DNA of 64,000 bases from Rhizobium sp. (GCA_019739215.1 JAHHDR010000025.1:8959-72958); one strand, 5' to 3'; positions 16,946 through 28,315 are shown, numbered from the stretch's first letter. Notes: a model not told the origin generated them from the sequence alone. A program made the numbers and translations.

Positions 16946-17395
16946 CTATTTGTCGTAAACCTCTGCCGGGTCGAAATGGCGGTGTTCGTCGACCGACGCC
17001 AGACGCACCACACCACCTTCGAGCCGCACCGCGCGATAGAAGCAGGAGCGACGTCCCGTATGGCATGTCGCGGCATGGCCGGCGACCTCGACCTTCAGCA
17101 GGATGGCGTCCTGGTCGCAGTCGGTCAGGATTTCCTGCACGGACTGGAGATTGCCCGAACTCTCGCCCTTTTTCCAGATCGACTTGCGCGAACGGCTCCA
17201 GTAATGGGCGATGCCGGTTTGGAGCGTCAGCGACAGCGCTTCGGCGTTCATATGCGCCAGCATCAGGATCGCGCCGTCGCCGGCGTCCGTAACCACCGCC
17301 GTGATCAGGCCATGCGCGTCGAATCGCGGGGAAAAGGCCGCGCCCTCTTCGAGCACGGCCTTGTCGGTGGATGGTTCGGCAAATGCGATCGTCAT
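16946..17395 (-). CDS. hisI: Phosphoribosyl-AMP cyclohydrolase
   Basis: [19 protein letters not shown] and CHTGRRSCF motifs. Confidence 0.95.
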   Translation of the reverse strand: MTIAFAEPSTDKAVLEEGAAFSPRFDAHGLITAVVTDAGDGAILMLAHMNAEALSLTLQTGIAHYWSRSRKSIWKKGESSGNLQSVQEILTDCDQDAILLKVEVAGHAATCHTGRRSCFYRAVRLEGGVVRLASVDEHRHFDPAEVYDK

Positions 17396-18018
17396 GCCGG
17401 ATAGTGGTAGCCGCGCATCATCGACATGAAGCGGGCCTGTTCTCGCGGATCATGCTTGAAGGTGCCGGTAAAGGTTGTGGTCATCGTCGACGAGCCGATC
17501 TTCTGGACACCGCGCATCGCCATGCACATGTGGTCGGCCTCGATCAGCACCGCCACACCCTTGGGCTGCAGGATCTCGTCGATGGCATTGGCGATCTGCG
17601 CCGTCATGGTCTCCTGCGTCTGCAGGCGGCGGGCGAAGATGTCGATGGTGCGGGCGATCTTGGACAGGCCTAGCACGCGGCCGTCCGGCAGGTAGGCGAC
17701 ATGCGCCTTGCCGATGATCGGCACCATGTGGTGCTCGCAATGGGAGAAGAAGGGAATGTCCTTGACCAGCACGATGTCATCGTAGCCGGCCACTTCCTCG
17801 AAGGTGCGGCCGAGCACCTCCTCGGGATCGTGGCCGTAACCGCCATAGATCTCGGCATATGACTTGACCACACGCCGCGGCGTGTCGCGCAGGCCCTCGC
17901 GGTTGGGATCGTCGCCGATGTAGCGCAGCAACGTGCGGACAGCCTCCTCGGCTTCCTTCTGTGTGGGGCGCGCAACACTTGCGTCGTCGCGCTGGAACGG
18001 CTTGACTATGGCATCCAT
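17392..18018 (-). CDS. folE: GTP cyclohydrolase I
   Basis: SHCEHH, GLSKIAR, RRLQTQE and HMCMAMRG motifs. Confidence 0.96.
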   Translation of the reverse strand: MDAIVKPFQRDDASVARPTQKEAEEAVRTLLRYIGDDPNREGLRDTPRRVVKSYAEIYGGYGHDPEEVLGRTFEEVAGYDDIVLVKDIPFFSHCEHHMVPIIGKAHVAYLPDGRVLGLSKIARTIDIFARRLQTQETMTAQIANAIDEILQPKGVAVLIEADHMCMAMRGVQKIGSSTMTTTFTGTFKHDPREQARFMSMMRGYHYPA

Positions 18019-18349
18019 GAATGGCCTCTTCGGTTCCCGGTCCCCAGACCGGAAAGTTAAGATTCGGACGACTCGCCGCTGGCCATTCACCTGTCCCTGC
18101 AGGCATGGGTTCCGTTGGCGGGTTCCGGAGCATCGGCGCCCCTCGTCTCAGTGACGGGCGCTTCCGCACGGTTTCCCAGACAACAGGCAACGCCTCCGCA
18201 CTTGCAATAGCGTCACCCCATCGCGACATAGCATATAGGATGGCCGAAGGACTGGCAAAGGGTGGCCTTGTCGTTTTTCCATGATACGATGGAAAATCAT
18301 GCCCGGCTCATGCCTGCGGATGAATTCTTTTCGACAGCCGGACAAATCC

Positions 18350-18793
18350 ATGGACGATATCTACAACGCCAAAATCCTCGAATTTGCGGGCAATATCCCG
18401 CTGACCGGCATGCTGGAGCATGCCGACGCCCAGGCCCAGGCGCATTCCAAGCTCTGCGGCTCGCGGGTCAAGGTGTGGCTCGCCATGGAGGGCGACACCG
18501 TCAGCGGCTTTGCCCATGAGGTCAAGGCCTGCGCGCTTGGTCAGGCGTCGAGCTCGATCATGGCCCGCAATGTCGTCGGCGCCACGGTCGCGGAATTGCG
18601 CCAGGCCAAAGCCGACATGCTGGCCATGCTCAAAGAGGGCGGCGAGGGCCCGTCGGGCCGCTTCGAGGACATGCGCTATCTCCGGCCGGTGCGCGACTAC
18701 AAGGCGCGCCATGCTTCGACAATGCTCACGTTCGACGCCGTGGTGGACTGCATCGACCAGGTGGCCGCGCGACGTATGGCGCAGGCCGGCTAG
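18350..18793 (+). CDS. Fe-S cluster assembly scaffold, NifU/IscU N-terminal family
   Basis: HSKLCGS, VKACALGQAS and ARHAS motifs. Confidence 0.85.
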   Translation: MDDIYNAKILEFAGNIPLTGMLEHADAQAQAHSKLCGSRVKVWLAMEGDTVSGFAHEVKACALGQASSSIMARNVVGATVAELRQAKADMLAMLKEGGEGPSGRFEDMRYLRPVRDYKARHASTMLTFDAVVDCIDQVAARRMAQAG

Positions 18794-18806
18794 GGCGTGC
18801 GTCGGG

Positions 18807-19187
18807 ATGTGCCAATCTCCTGACTGTTCCCACAACAAGCCCCGGCTCGACGGCTATACCGGACCGACACGCAACTGGTCCGGTCCGTTCCCCAGGACAC
18901 CGGCGCGCCTTCTCGGCATGGGCGTCATTCGCCTCTACCAGATCACGCTTTCCAGCCTGATCGGCAACAACTGCCGTCACACGCCAACCTGCTCGGAATA
19001 TGGTTATGAAGCCGTCGCCCGGCATGGCCTGTGGTCGGGCTTCTGGATGGTGCTCTTCCGTTTCGTTCGCTGCGGGCCGGGCGGCACCTGGGGCTTCGAT
19101 CCGGTCCCGGCCCGGCTCGGAACCGCCCTGCGTTGGTACACGCCCTGGCGCTACTGGCGTGTCTCCAAGGCGGAACGCGCACAGTGA
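18807..19187 (+). CDS. yidD: Membrane protein insertion efficiency factor YidD
   Basis: YQITLS..G.NCRHTPTCSEY...RCGPGG..GFDPVP. Confidence 0.9.
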   Translation: MCQSPDCSHNKPRLDGYTGPTRNWSGPFPRTPARLLGMGVIRLYQITLSSLIGNNCRHTPTCSEYGYEAVARHGLWSGFWMVLFRFVRCGPGGTWGFDPVPARLGTALRWYTPWRYWRVSKAERAQ

Positions 19188-19723
19188 GCATCTTCGTCGC
19201 GCTTCTATATTCCGTCATCATCGACAAGAACCGCCGCGTCGCAATGTCGGACCTGCGCACCATGGCAGAAGGCCTCGGCTACGAAAATGCCCGCACCCTC
19301 GTCTCGACCGGCAACCTCGTTTTCGAATCTCGCGAGGCTTCCGCCGCAGCCATAGAGCAGGCGCTGGAAACAGCCTTCGCCGACTTCCACGGCAAGCATG
19401 TCGACATCATCGTCCAGGCCGCGGAGGACTGGAAACGCCTGGTCGCCGCCAATCCGTTTCTAGCCGAGGCCGAAGACGAACCCGACCGTGTCGGCGTCCG
19501 GGTCATGCGCGACCCCGCGGACGGAAAACTGCTGGACTTCCTCCGGCCCTACCAGAAGGACGGCGAGCGCGTCGCCATCATCGATGGCCATGTGTGGGTC
19601 CACTATCAGGGTCAGCCAAGTCTTTCGAAGCTGGCGGGTCAACTCACCCCCAGGCGAATGGGTGGCATCGGCACGGCGCGGAACTGGAACACGGTGAAAC
19701 GATTGGGAGAAATGGTGGACTGA
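19184..19723 (+). CDS. DUF1697 family protein
   Basis: VALL...VAMSDLR...TLVSTGNLVF...TARNWNTV. Confidence 0.85.
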   Translation: MSIFVALLYSVIIDKNRRVAMSDLRTMAEGLGYENARTLVSTGNLVFESREASAAAIEQALETAFADFHGKHVDIIVQAAEDWKRLVAANPFLAEAEDEPDRVGVRVMRDPADGKLLDFLRPYQKDGERVAIIDGHVWVHYQGQPSLSKLAGQLTPRRMGGIGTARNWNTVKRLGEMVD

Positions 19724-19820
19724 ACTTCGCTCCTCTTTCGACGGGCGATTCCTCACGCAGGGTTGCCCCTTCAACCGAACCCGCTAAGGTCGACCATTGA
19801 AATCACACGGGCGAGGGCGC

Positions 19821-21074
19821 ATGGCGGCGGGAATCGAGGAGTTCATCGGTAAGATCGTGACGAAGGGCGCGCTCCGGCTCGTTCGCGCCTCGGGCGCGAC
19901 CAGGACCTTTGGCGACGGCTCGGAGTCCGAAATCGTGCTGCGTTTCACGGATCCGGAGGCCGAAACCGCAGTTGCCACCGATCCGGCGCTGGCGCTCGGC
20001 GAGATGTTCATGCAGGGCCGGATGATCCTCGAGGCCGGCAACATCTTCGACCTGCTGTCGCTCTTTGCACGGAACGGCATCCGCAAGGCCGCGACGCCGC
20101 GGATGATCGCGCAGGGCATCTGGCGCATCCTCATCGACCAGGCGAAGAATCGCCTGCCGATCAATCGCAACAAGGCCAATGTCGCCCATCATTACGATCT
20201 GAGCGCCAAGCTCTTCGACCTGTTCCTCGACTCCGACTGGCAGTACAGCTGCGCCTATTTCGAGCCGCGCGACATCAGCCTCGACGCGGCCCAGATCGCC
20301 AAGAAGCGCCATATCGCGGCCAAGCTGCTGCTCGAAAAGGGCAATCGCGTGCTGGAGATCGGCTCCGGCTGGGGCGGCATGGCGATGTATCTTGCCGAGA
20401 GTTCGGATGTCGACGTCACTGGCGTCACGCTGTCGGAGGAACAGCTGAAGGTCTCGCGCGACCGGGCGGCACGGCGCGGGCTTGCCGACCACGTCCGTTT
20501 CGAGTTGCAGGACTATCGCGACCTCAAGGGGTCGTATGACCGCATCGTCTCGGTCGGCATGTTCGAGCATGTCGGGGTGTCGAACTACCGGCACTTCTTC
20601 GGCAAGGTCGCCAAATTGCTGGACAAGCAGGGCGTGATGCTGCTCCACACCATCGCCCGCACCAAGCCGAACTACGCGACCAACCCGTTCATCGAAAAAT
20701 ACATCTTCCCCGGCGGCTACATTCCCTCGATCGCCGAAGTGTTGCCGGCGGTGGAGAAGGCGGGGTTGCTGATCAAGGACATTGAAGTCCTGCCAATGCA
20801 TTATGCCTGGACGCTAAAGGCGTGGCGCGAGCGCTTCGTCGCCCGCCGCGCCGAGGCGGTCGCGCTCTACGATGAGAATTTCTTTCGCATGTGGGAGTTC
20901 TATCTCGCAGCCAGCGAAGTCGCCTTCCGCCACGACCGCATGTTCATCCTCCAACTCCAGATCGCAAGGCACCAGGACCGCGTGCCGTTCGACCGCAACT
21001 ATATCGCAGAGGCGGAAGACAGGCTGAAGGCGTTCGAGGCAGGACGGCGGGCGATGGAGACGGTGGAGTTTTAG
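19821..21074 (+). CDS. cfa: Cyclopropane-fatty-acyl-phospholipid synthase
   Basis: HHYDL, YSCAYF, LEIGSGWGG, VSVGMFEHVG and YIFPGG motifs. Confidence 0.92.
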   Translation: MAAGIEEFIGKIVTKGALRLVRASGATRTFGDGSESEIVLRFTDPEAETAVATDPALALGEMFMQGRMILEAGNIFDLLSLFARNGIRKAATPRMIAQGIWRILIDQAKNRLPINRNKANVAHHYDLSAKLFDLFLDSDWQYSCAYFEPRDISLDAAQIAKKRHIAAKLLLEKGNRVLEIGSGWGGMAMYLAESSDVDVTGVTLSEEQLKVSRDRAARRGLADHVRFELQDYRDLKGSYDRIVSVGMFEHVGVSNYRHFFGKVAKLLDKQGVMLLHTIARTKPNYATNPFIEKYIFPGGYIPSIAEVLPAVEKAGLLIKDIEVLPMHYAWTLKAWRERFVARRAEAVALYDENFFRMWEFYLAASEVAFRHDRMFILQLQIARHQDRVPFDRNYIAEAEDRLKAFEAGRRAMETVEF

Positions 21075-21099
21075 GCCAACTCCGAGGAGCCGACCTGTG

Positions 21100-21657
21100 T
21101 CACTGCTGCGTCGGCAATCGTGCCAGCACCGTCGTCGGATCCGCGGATGCGACGAAAACGAGCTCGCCGCTCGACGGTACGACCGACGTGAGGCCGGTGA
21201 TATTGACCTGATGGGTGACCAGTACCACCGGGCTGCCGGACGGCAGTCGCGCCACCCAGTTGCGGAGCGCTTCCGTCTGCTGCGCGCCTGCACTGGAGCG
21301 GCCGAAGAATGAATTGAGCCGCGGTTCAGGCTCGACCGGGCCGAGATCGAGAAGTGCCGCAGTGTCCAGGCATCGGCACCACTGGCTGGAGAAAACGCGC
21401 GCCTGGGTGACGCTCTGCCGCCGGAAGGCGTCGCCAATCCGGCGCGCCTGTTGTCTCCCGGATTCCGAGAGATTGCGCTGCGTGCCGCAAGCATCCAGGC
21501 GGAAGCCGGACGGGTCGCCGGTGCCGGGCGCGACGGCATGGCGGAGCAACACGATGGCGGCACCATTGCGGAACGCCTGCCAGGGCGCCCGGGCCGCATT
21601 GGCACTGCTCGCCGCAGCGAGCAAGGTCATCATCAACATCTGACGTCTGAGAAGCAT
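21100..21657 (-). CDS. Histidine phosphatase family protein (exported)
   Basis: LLRHA, SSQWCRCLDTA and VTHQVN motifs; RR-containing signal-like N-terminus. Confidence 0.85.
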   Translation of the reverse strand: MLLRRQMLMMTLLAAASSANAARAPWQAFRNGAAIVLLRHAVAPGTGDPSGFRLDACGTQRNLSESGRQQARRIGDAFRRQSVTQARVFSSQWCRCLDTAALLDLGPVEPEPRLNSFFGRSSAGAQQTEALRNWVARLPSGSPVVLVTHQVNITGLTSVVPSSGELVFVASADPTTVLARLPTQQ

Positions 21658-21905
21658 GCCGGGCCTCGCGATGGAATTCAGCTCTGTCGACGATGTTACG
21701 TTGCCGGGCCACGCAGTGGATCATGTCATGGGTGTTGCGCCCTGAGACTTCCTGATCGGCGGCGTGATCGTGCGAAATGGCCGCAAGCTGGCATCCATTT
21801 CTAAACCATTGCGAAATTGCGGACGGACAGCAGTGTTCGTTTTACAGTAACGGTTTAAAAACAGGCGTCTATCAACCTCACCCGTCTGCAAAACGATTCG
21901 AAGGA

Positions 21906-22919
21906 ATGCCTATGCCGATCCGCGCCACCGCCACCAACTGGGGTTACCAGCTCCAAGGCAAGAATAAGATGCTCGACGTCAACGACCTCGCCGCCCATCT
22001 GCATGACATGCTGGTCATCGATCCCTCCCGCGACGGCACCGATGCCAGGCAGTTCTCCGAGGCCGAGGTGGCCGAGATCAAGGGCGACCGGTCGGTGCTG
22101 GCGGCCTATGTCTCGATCGGCGAGGCCAGCGATTTCCGCGACTACTGGGACAAGGACTGGACGACGACAGGCAAGTCGCAAGGCAAGCTGACCGACGAGG
22201 CGCCGGACTGGCTGGGACCGGTCAATCCCGACTGGCCGGAAAGCCGCAAGGTGCGCTACTGGGACGACGACTGGCAGGACATCATCTTCAACGACCAGGG
22301 TACGGGCGAGCTCGACAACATCGTCGCCAAGGGCTTCGACGCCGCCTATCTCGACATCGTCGACGCCTATTATTTCTGGGGTGCGGAGATCAAGAACGGC
22401 CAGCGCGAGGCTGGCGATCCGAAAAACGAGAAGCAGGCCGCCCAGCGCATGGTCGATTTCGCCGTCGAGATGGCCGAACATGCACGGGAGACCAATCCGG
22501 ATTTCTTCCTGATCCCGCAGAACGGCGCCTGGATCGTCGACGCCCTCAAGAATGGCAAGACCGAGGACACAGCGCGGATCGAGGCCTATTACGAAGTGAT
22601 CGGCGCCATCGGCATCGAGGATCTTTATTTCCGTGGCGGCAACAAGGACGAGAACAACAAGTTCAAGCCGGACGAAGCCACGATCAAGATTCTGCAGCGC
22701 GACTTCTTCGACCACGACATCCCCGTCTATGTCACCGACTACATCACCGGCGACAAGCGGATCGCGAAGTTCGAGAAGGCGGCGCTGGAAGACGGCTTCA
22801 TACCCTACGCCGCGCCACGCCGCGATCTCGACAAGATGGGCGATCCCTTTGATGCCGATGCCGGCAGGGCGGCCGGCTGGCGCCATGCCGAGGCGGCTGA
22901 GGATCTCTTCATGTTCTGA
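21906..22919 (+). CDS. GH114 / TM1410-like glycoside hydrolase (endo-alpha-1,4-polygalactosaminidase-like)
   Basis: WGYQLQ, AYVSIGEASDFRDYW, VRYWD, GFDAAYLDIVDAY and LIPQNG motifs. Confidence 0.82.
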   Translation: MPMPIRATATNWGYQLQGKNKMLDVNDLAAHLHDMLVIDPSRDGTDARQFSEAEVAEIKGDRSVLAAYVSIGEASDFRDYWDKDWTTTGKSQGKLTDEAPDWLGPVNPDWPESRKVRYWDDDWQDIIFNDQGTGELDNIVAKGFDAAYLDIVDAYYFWGAEIKNGQREAGDPKNEKQAAQRMVDFAVEMAEHARETNPDFFLIPQNGAWIVDALKNGKTEDTARIEAYYEVIGAIGIEDLYFRGGNKDENNKFKPDEATIKILQRDFFDHDIPVYVTDYITGDKRIAKFEKAALEDGFIPYAAPRRDLDKMGDPFDADAGRAAGWRHAEAAEDLFMF

Positions 22920-22952
22920 CGAAGCTACAGCGCCGGCCGGAACCACATTCTC

Positions 22953-22982
22953 CTTCACAATCCCGGAAAATCCCGGTATATC
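22953..22982 (+). promoter_or_regulatory. Candidate sigma70 promoter of thrS
   Basis: CTTCAC-N17-GTATAT, close to the rhizobial RpoD consensus CTTGAC-N17-CTATAT. Confidence 0.5.
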
Positions 22983-23063
22983 GCCGCCGTTCCCGGCCGG
23001 CATTCCCGGCCTTTTTTCATACCACCCGCATTGGTTGGCGGGATTGGATAGGAGAATGTGACC

Positions 23064-25037
23064 ATGTCCCAGCCTGTTTCCCTTACGTTTCCTGATGGTT
23101 CCGTCCGCGAGTTCGCCTCCGGAACGACCGGCTATGTCGTCGCCGAATCCATTTCGAAGTCGCTCGCCAAGAAGGCGGTCGCGATCGCGCTTGACGGCCA
23201 AGTCACCGATCTCTCCGAGCCCGTCACCGACGGCCGGATCGAGATCGTCACCCGCTCCGACCCCCGTGCGCTGGAACTGATTCGCCACGACGCCGCCCAC
23301 GTGATGGCCGAGGCCGTGCAGGAGCTCTGGCCCGGCACGCAAGTCACGATCGGCCCTGTCATCGAGAACGGCTTCTATTACGACTTCGCCAAGAACGAGC
23401 CCTTCACGCCCGAGGACCTGCCGGTCATCGAGAAGAAGATGAAGGAGATCATCGGACGCAACAAGCCGTTCACCCGGCAGATCTGGTCGCGCGACAAGGC
23501 CAAGCAGGTCTTCGCCGACAAGGGCGAGAGCTACAAGGTCGAACTGGTCGACGCGATTCCAGAGGGCCAGGACCTGAAAATCTATTACCAGGGTGACTGG
23601 TTCGACCTCTGCCGCGGCCCGCACATGGCCTCGACGGGGCAGATCGGCACGGCCTTCAAGCTGATGAAGGTGGCCGGTGCCTACTGGCGCGGTGATTCCA
23701 ATAATCCGATGCTGACGCGCATCTACGGCACCGCCTGGGCCGAGCAGTCGGAGCTCGACGCCTATCTCCACAAGCTCGCGGAAGCCGAAAAGCGCGACCA
23801 CCGCAAGCTCGGCCGCGAGATGGATCTCTTCCATTTCCAGGAAGAAGGCCCGGGCGTCGTCTTCTGGCACGGCAAGGGCTGGCGGATGTTCCAGTCGCTG
23901 GTCTCCTACATGCGCCGACGGCTGGCTGCCGACTACCAGGAAGTCAACGCGCCGCAGGTGCTCGACAAGTCGCTCTGGGAGACCTCCGGCCACTGGGGCT
24001 GGTATCGCGACAACATGTTCAAGGTCACGGTCGCCGGCGACGACACCGACGACGAGCGCGTGTTCGCGCTCAAGCCAATGAACTGCCCCGGGCACGTGCA
24101 GATCTTCAAGCATGGCCTGAAATCCTACCGCGAACTGCCGATCCGCTATGCGGAGTTCGGCAATGTCCATCGCTACGAGCCCTCGGGCGCGCTACACGGG
24201 CTGATGCGCGTTCGCGGCTTCACCCAGGACGACGCCCACATCTTCTGCACCGACGAGCAGATGGCTGCGGAGTGCCTCAAGATCAACGACCTGATCATGT
24301 CGGTCTACGAGGATTTCGGATTCGACGAGATCATCGTCAAGCTCTCGACCCGTCCGGAGAAGCGCGTCGGTTCAGATGCGCTCTGGGATCGCGCCGAAAG
24401 CGTGATGATGGACGTGCTCAAGCAGATCGAAGAACAGTCGGGCGGGCGCATCAAGACTGGCATCCTGCCGGGCGAGGGCGCCTTCTACGGCCCGAAGTTC
24501 GAGTATACGCTCAAGGACGCCATCGGCCGCGAATGGCAGTGCGGCACGACCCAGGTCGACTTCAACCTGCCGGAACGCTTCGGCGCCTTCTACATCGATG
24601 CCAATTCGGAGAAGACGCAGCCGGTGATGATCCATCGCGCCATCTGCGGCTCGATGGAACGCTTCCTCGGCATCCTGCTCGAGAACTTCGCCGGCCACAT
24701 GCCGCTGTGGTTTTCACCGCAGCAGGTGGTCGTGGCAACGATCACCTCGGATGCCGATGATTACGGCGTGAAGGTCGCGGAGAGACTGCGGCAGGCCGGG
24801 TTGACGGTCGAGACCGACTTCCGAAACGAGAAGATCAACTACAAGGTCCGCGAGCACTCCGTGACCAAGGTGCCTGTCATCATCGTCTGCGGCAAGCGCG
24901 AGGCGGAGGAGGGCACGGTCAATATCCGCCGGCTCGGCTCGCAGAACCAGACGTCGATGACGCTCGATGAGGCGATCCTGACGCTGATGGAGGAGGCAAC
25001 GCCTCCAGACCTGAAGCGGGCACTGGCGAAGGCGTGA
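23064..25037 (+). CDS. thrS: Threonine--tRNA ligase
   Basis: TGS domain, [29 protein letters not shown] and [11 protein letters not shown]. Confidence 0.98.
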   Translation: MSQPVSLTFPDGSVREFASGTTGYVVAESISKSLAKKAVAIALDGQVTDLSEPVTDGRIEIVTRSDPRALELIRHDAAHVMAEAVQELWPGTQVTIGPVIENGFYYDFAKNEPFTPEDLPVIEKKMKEIIGRNKPFTRQIWSRDKAKQVFADKGESYKVELVDAIPEGQDLKIYYQGDWFDLCRGPHMASTGQIGTAFKLMKVAGAYWRGDSNNPMLTRIYGTAWAEQSELDAYLHKLAEAEKRDHRKLGREMDLFHFQEEGPGVVFWHGKGWRMFQSLVSYMRRRLAADYQEVNAPQVLDKSLWETSGHWGWYRDNMFKVTVAGDDTDDERVFALKPMNCPGHVQIFKHGLKSYRELPIRYAEFGNVHRYEPSGALHGLMRVRGFTQDDAHIFCTDEQMAAECLKINDLIMSVYEDFGFDEIIVKLSTRPEKRVGSDALWDRAESVMMDVLKQIEEQSGGRIKTGILPGEGAFYGPKFEYTLKDAIGREWQCGTTQVDFNLPERFGAFYIDANSEKTQPVMIHRAICGSMERFLGILLENFAGHMPLWFSPQQVVVATITSDADDYGVKVAERLRQAGLTVETDFRNEKINYKVREHSVTKVPVIIVCGKREAEEGTVNIRRLGSQNQTSMTLDEAILTLMEEATPPDLKRALAKA

Positions 25038-25050
25038 CAATCAATGGGTG

Positions 25051-25082
25051 GACAGCCGCGGGGAAATCCGGCGGCTGTCTTC
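25051..25082 (+). terminator. Hairpin terminator after thrS
   Basis: 9-bp stem GACAGCCGC/GCGGCTGTC followed by a short T run. Confidence 0.55.
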
Positions 25083-25140
25083 AAATCTTTACATTGGTTT
25101 CATATGGCGATCGTGATCAGGCTCCCAGAGGGTGACTCCC

Positions 25141-25974
25141 GTGAAGTTCAAGGAACTGTCCTACGCCAATGAAACCGATCCGCTGCTCAAGCGGCTCGTC
25201 ATCCACACGGTCGAAAATCTTTCGGGCCGCAACAAATATGTCGAGGTCTACAAGACCTGGCGCAACGAAGTCGTTGGCAAGTCCGACCGGGTGTTTTCCC
25301 GGATGCTGGAACTGATCGACATCGATCTGTCGGTCAAGGGCAACTGGCCGCCCAAGGACCTGCCCGAAGGCCCGATCGTCATGGTCGCCAACCATCCTTA
25401 CGGCATCGCCGACGGGATTGCGGTGCTCTCGCTGGCCGAGCAACTCGGCCGCCCGTTCAAGATCCTGATCAACGATCAGCTTCTGAAGGTTCCCGAGATG
25501 CGGCCCTATTCGCTGCCGATCTCGTTCGACGAGACCCGGGAAGCGCTCGCCATCAACCTCGCGACCCGCAACGAGGCGCTCAGGCTGCTGAAGGAAGGCG
25601 TCACCATCGTGATCTTCCCGGGCGGCGGCGTGGCGACGGCGCCCAGGGGCTTCGGCCCTGCGGAAGACCTGCCGTGGAAGATGTTTCCCGCCAAGCTCAT
25701 CCAGTCGGCCAAGGCAAGCGTGCTGCCAGTCTATTTCGAGGGGCAGAACGGGCGACTGTTCCACCTCGCGAGCCGCTTCTCGCTGACACTCAGGCTCTCA
25801 CTGCTGATCCGCGAATTCTGCCGGCTGTCGGGCAAGACGATCTCGTCAAGCATCGGCACGGTGGTGGCCTGGGACGACATCGCGCCGCTCACCGACCGCA
25901 AGGCCATGCTGCAATATCTCTACGACACGGTGTTTGCGCTCGGCACAGCCAAGTCTGTGACCAGCCCCGCCTGA
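25141..25974 (+). CDS. Lysophospholipid acyltransferase family protein
   Basis: ANHPYGIAD (HX4D) and IFPGG motifs. Confidence 0.85.
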   Translation: MKFKELSYANETDPLLKRLVIHTVENLSGRNKYVEVYKTWRNEVVGKSDRVFSRMLELIDIDLSVKGNWPPKDLPEGPIVMVANHPYGIADGIAVLSLAEQLGRPFKILINDQLLKVPEMRPYSLPISFDETREALAINLATRNEALRLLKEGVTIVIFPGGGVATAPRGFGPAEDLPWKMFPAKLIQSAKASVLPVYFEGQNGRLFHLASRFSLTLRLSLLIREFCRLSGKTISSSIGTVVAWDDIAPLTDRKAMLQYLYDTVFALGTAKSVTSPA

Positions 25975-25976
25975 GA

Positions 25977-26969
25977 CTAGTTCGCGAGCATGACCTCGAC
26001 ATCCTGGTTGCGCCCCGATGTCACGGTGAAATCGCGCTGGTATATATTGCTCTTGTGTCGGGCCACCGCCGTGTATTTGCCTTCGGCGAGAACCACCACG
26101 GGAAACGCGCCGACGCTTTCCGCGACCGCATCGCCCGACGCGGTCAGGATCGACCAGGCGGTATCGGCAATCGCCTCGCCGCCGGCTTGCGAGACCAGCT
26201 TCAGGGTGATCTTGGCAGCACGGTGCTGGATCACGGCCTGGGTCAGGCGCCCGGCCTCGATCCTGATGTCGGCGCGGATCGTTGCGTTGACCTTCCCGTA
26301 GTCCGAGACGACGTGATAGGTGCCAGAGTTCAGCCGGACGATCTCGCTGGGTTTGACGTTGTCCATGATCAGCCCGCGCTCGCCGTCTTCCTTGATTTCC
26401 GAAGAATAGATCTCGAAGGACAGTTCCTCGGGCGGAATGCGGACATCGCTGCCTGATACGGCGTTCAACACCATGCCACCGGCGTCCAGGACAAGTGTCT
26501 GCGGCGCCGGATCGTCAAACGCAGGGATCTTGAGCTTCTTCGTCGCGCCGGCGCGGCCGAAGGCCACATGGACGAAATAGTCGCCCGGCGCCAGATCGAA
26601 CGAGGTCGATCCTCCCTCCGACGATGCCAGCATGGGCAGCTTGCCGTCGGGACCAGGTATCGGGCTGAAGATCCGCCAGGACAGGCCGAACTTCATCGGC
26701 GCGCCGTCGTCCGTGAGCTTCGCCTCGAGGCGCACGGTCCTGGCGCGCAGGGCCGCCGGCGCAGGCTCTTCGATGATCGGTGAAAAGCTGTTGAGTGCCG
26801 GATCGCCGAAGTGCTGCACCGGATTGTCCGGCGAGATCGCGTCCTGCGCGACCGCAATGCCCGCCGGTGCAAGCACGGCAGTGAGGCTGACGACAGCGGA
26901 TGCGAAGAGGTGACGCGGCAAGTTTGCTCGCAAAGATGATGGGTTGACTCTTGTATTGGCGCAGCCCAC
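25977..26969 (-). CDS. Conserved exported hypothetical protein (repeated beta-sandwich modules)
   Basis: Signal-like segment ending AVAQ; repeated L.PG.Y motifs (LAPGDY, LNSGTY, LAEGKY). Start position uncertain. Confidence 0.7.
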   Translation of the reverse strand: MGCANTRVNPSSLRANLPRHLFASAVVSLTAVLAPAGIAVAQDAISPDNPVQHFGDPALNSFSPIIEEPAPAALRARTVRLEAKLTDDGAPMKFGLSWRIFSPIPGPDGKLPMLASSEGGSTSFDLAPGDYFVHVAFGRAGATKKLKIPAFDDPAPQTLVLDAGGMVLNAVSGSDVRIPPEELSFEIYSSEIKEDGERGLIMDNVKPSEIVRLNSGTYHVVSDYGKVNATIRADIRIEAGRLTQAVIQHRAAKITLKLVSQAGGEAIADTAWSILTASGDAVAESVGAFPVVVLAEGKYTAVARHKSNIYQRDFTVTSGRNQDVEVMLAN

Positions 26970-27026
26970 TTGTCCCGCAAGCTTAGGGCAAATTCAAGAC
27001 CGAACTTCATCCATCCCGAGGACCGA

Positions 27027-27602
27027 ATGCCGCGCAATGAACAATTGATCGACTATCTGAAGACACGCCGCTCCATGCCGGCATTCCAGATGAAGGAACC
27101 CGGGCCGACCCGGCAGGAAATCGAGGAGATCCTGACACTCGCAAGCCGCGTGCCCGACCACGGCAAGCTGGCACCCTGGCGGTTCATCGTGATGACCGGG
27201 CAGGCGCGGCAGCGCGTCACCATGGAACTCGCCAGCATCGCCAAGGCGGACAAGCCGGACCTCAGCGCCGAGATGATTCAGGTCGAGGAAAGCCGATTCA
27301 CCCGTGCGCCCGTGGTCATCACGGTCGTTTCCAGGGCCGCCCCGCATGCCAAGATCCCCGAATGGGAGCAGGTCATGTCGGCTGGTGCCGTGTGCCTGAA
27401 CGTGGTCATGGCCGCCAATGCGCTCGGCTATGTCTCGAACTGGCTGACGGAATGGATGGCGTTCGACGAGCGCGCGCACCGCATCCTCGGCGTCGAGCCG
27501 GGCGAGAAGGTGGCCGGCTTCATCCATATCGGCTCCACCGACTTTCCGGTCGTCGAACGGCCACGGCCGGTATTGTCCGATATCGTGACGTGGCAGGACT
27601 GA
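27027..27602 (+). CDS. Nitroreductase family protein (YdjA-like)
   Basis: [17 protein letters not shown] and PEWEQ motifs. Confidence 0.9.
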   Translation: MPRNEQLIDYLKTRRSMPAFQMKEPGPTRQEIEEILTLASRVPDHGKLAPWRFIVMTGQARQRVTMELASIAKADKPDLSAEMIQVEESRFTRAPVVITVVSRAAPHAKIPEWEQVMSAGAVCLNVVMAANALGYVSNWLTEWMAFDERAHRILGVEPGEKVAGFIHIGSTDFPVVERPRPVLSDIVTWQD

Positions 27603-27604
27603 GC

Positions 27605-28228
27605 ATGTTCTACAAGGCCGATACACGGGATCACGGAATGCGCTACGATCCCTTCAAGGCGATCGTGGCACCCCGACCCATCGGCTGGATCGGCACGAAG
27701 GCGAGGGATGGCACTCACAACCTGTCGCCCTACTCGTTCTTCAATATCGTCCACGACAATCCGAAGATCGTCATGTTCTCTTCCGGCGGGTTGAAGGACA
27801 GCGCGCGCAACGCCGAGGACACGGGTTGCTTCACGACCAGCCTGGTCAGCGCTCACCTGATGGCCCAGATGAATGCGTCGTCGGTTGCCGTCCCGCATGG
27901 CGTGGACGAGTTCCAGATCGCCGGGCTGACTGCGGTGCAGGCAAGGCTCGTTGATGCGCCCTATGTCGGCGAAGCCTATGCCGCGATGGAGTGCGTGGTG
28001 ACGGAGGTGATCCGGCCGCGCGACCGCCATGGCAAGCCAAGCGATGCCGTCATGGTGCTCGGGCAGGTGGTCGGCATCCATATCGACGAAGGCATCATCC
28101 GGGATGGACGTTTGGACATGAGCATCGCCCGACCGATGGGCCGGATGGGCTACATGGACTATGCCGAGGCGAGCGAGGTGTTCGAACTGTTGCGGCCGAA
28201 ACCGCCGGAAACTGCCGGCGGGCGTTAA
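27605..28228 (+). CDS. Flavin reductase family protein
   Basis: PFKAIVAPRPIGWI, NLSPYSFFN and GRMGYMDY motifs. Confidence 0.9.
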   Translation: MFYKADTRDHGMRYDPFKAIVAPRPIGWIGTKARDGTHNLSPYSFFNIVHDNPKIVMFSSGGLKDSARNAEDTGCFTTSLVSAHLMAQMNASSVAVPHGVDEFQIAGLTAVQARLVDAPYVGEAYAAMECVVTEVIRPRDRHGKPSDAVMVLGQVVGIHIDEGIIRDGRLDMSIARPMGRMGYMDYAEASEVFELLRPKPPETAGGR

Positions 28229-28315
28229 TGCGATGCCAACGAACATGGTGAACGAATCTTAAACGATTTCCCTCTAGCCTCGATTCATAGAGTTGAGAGT
28301 GAGGGGCGGCGCACC

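Noticed and set aside
21855-24170. 771-aa antisense ORF over the GH114 gene and thrS
   Set aside because: Shadow ORF caused by high GC3 codon bias; no domain features.
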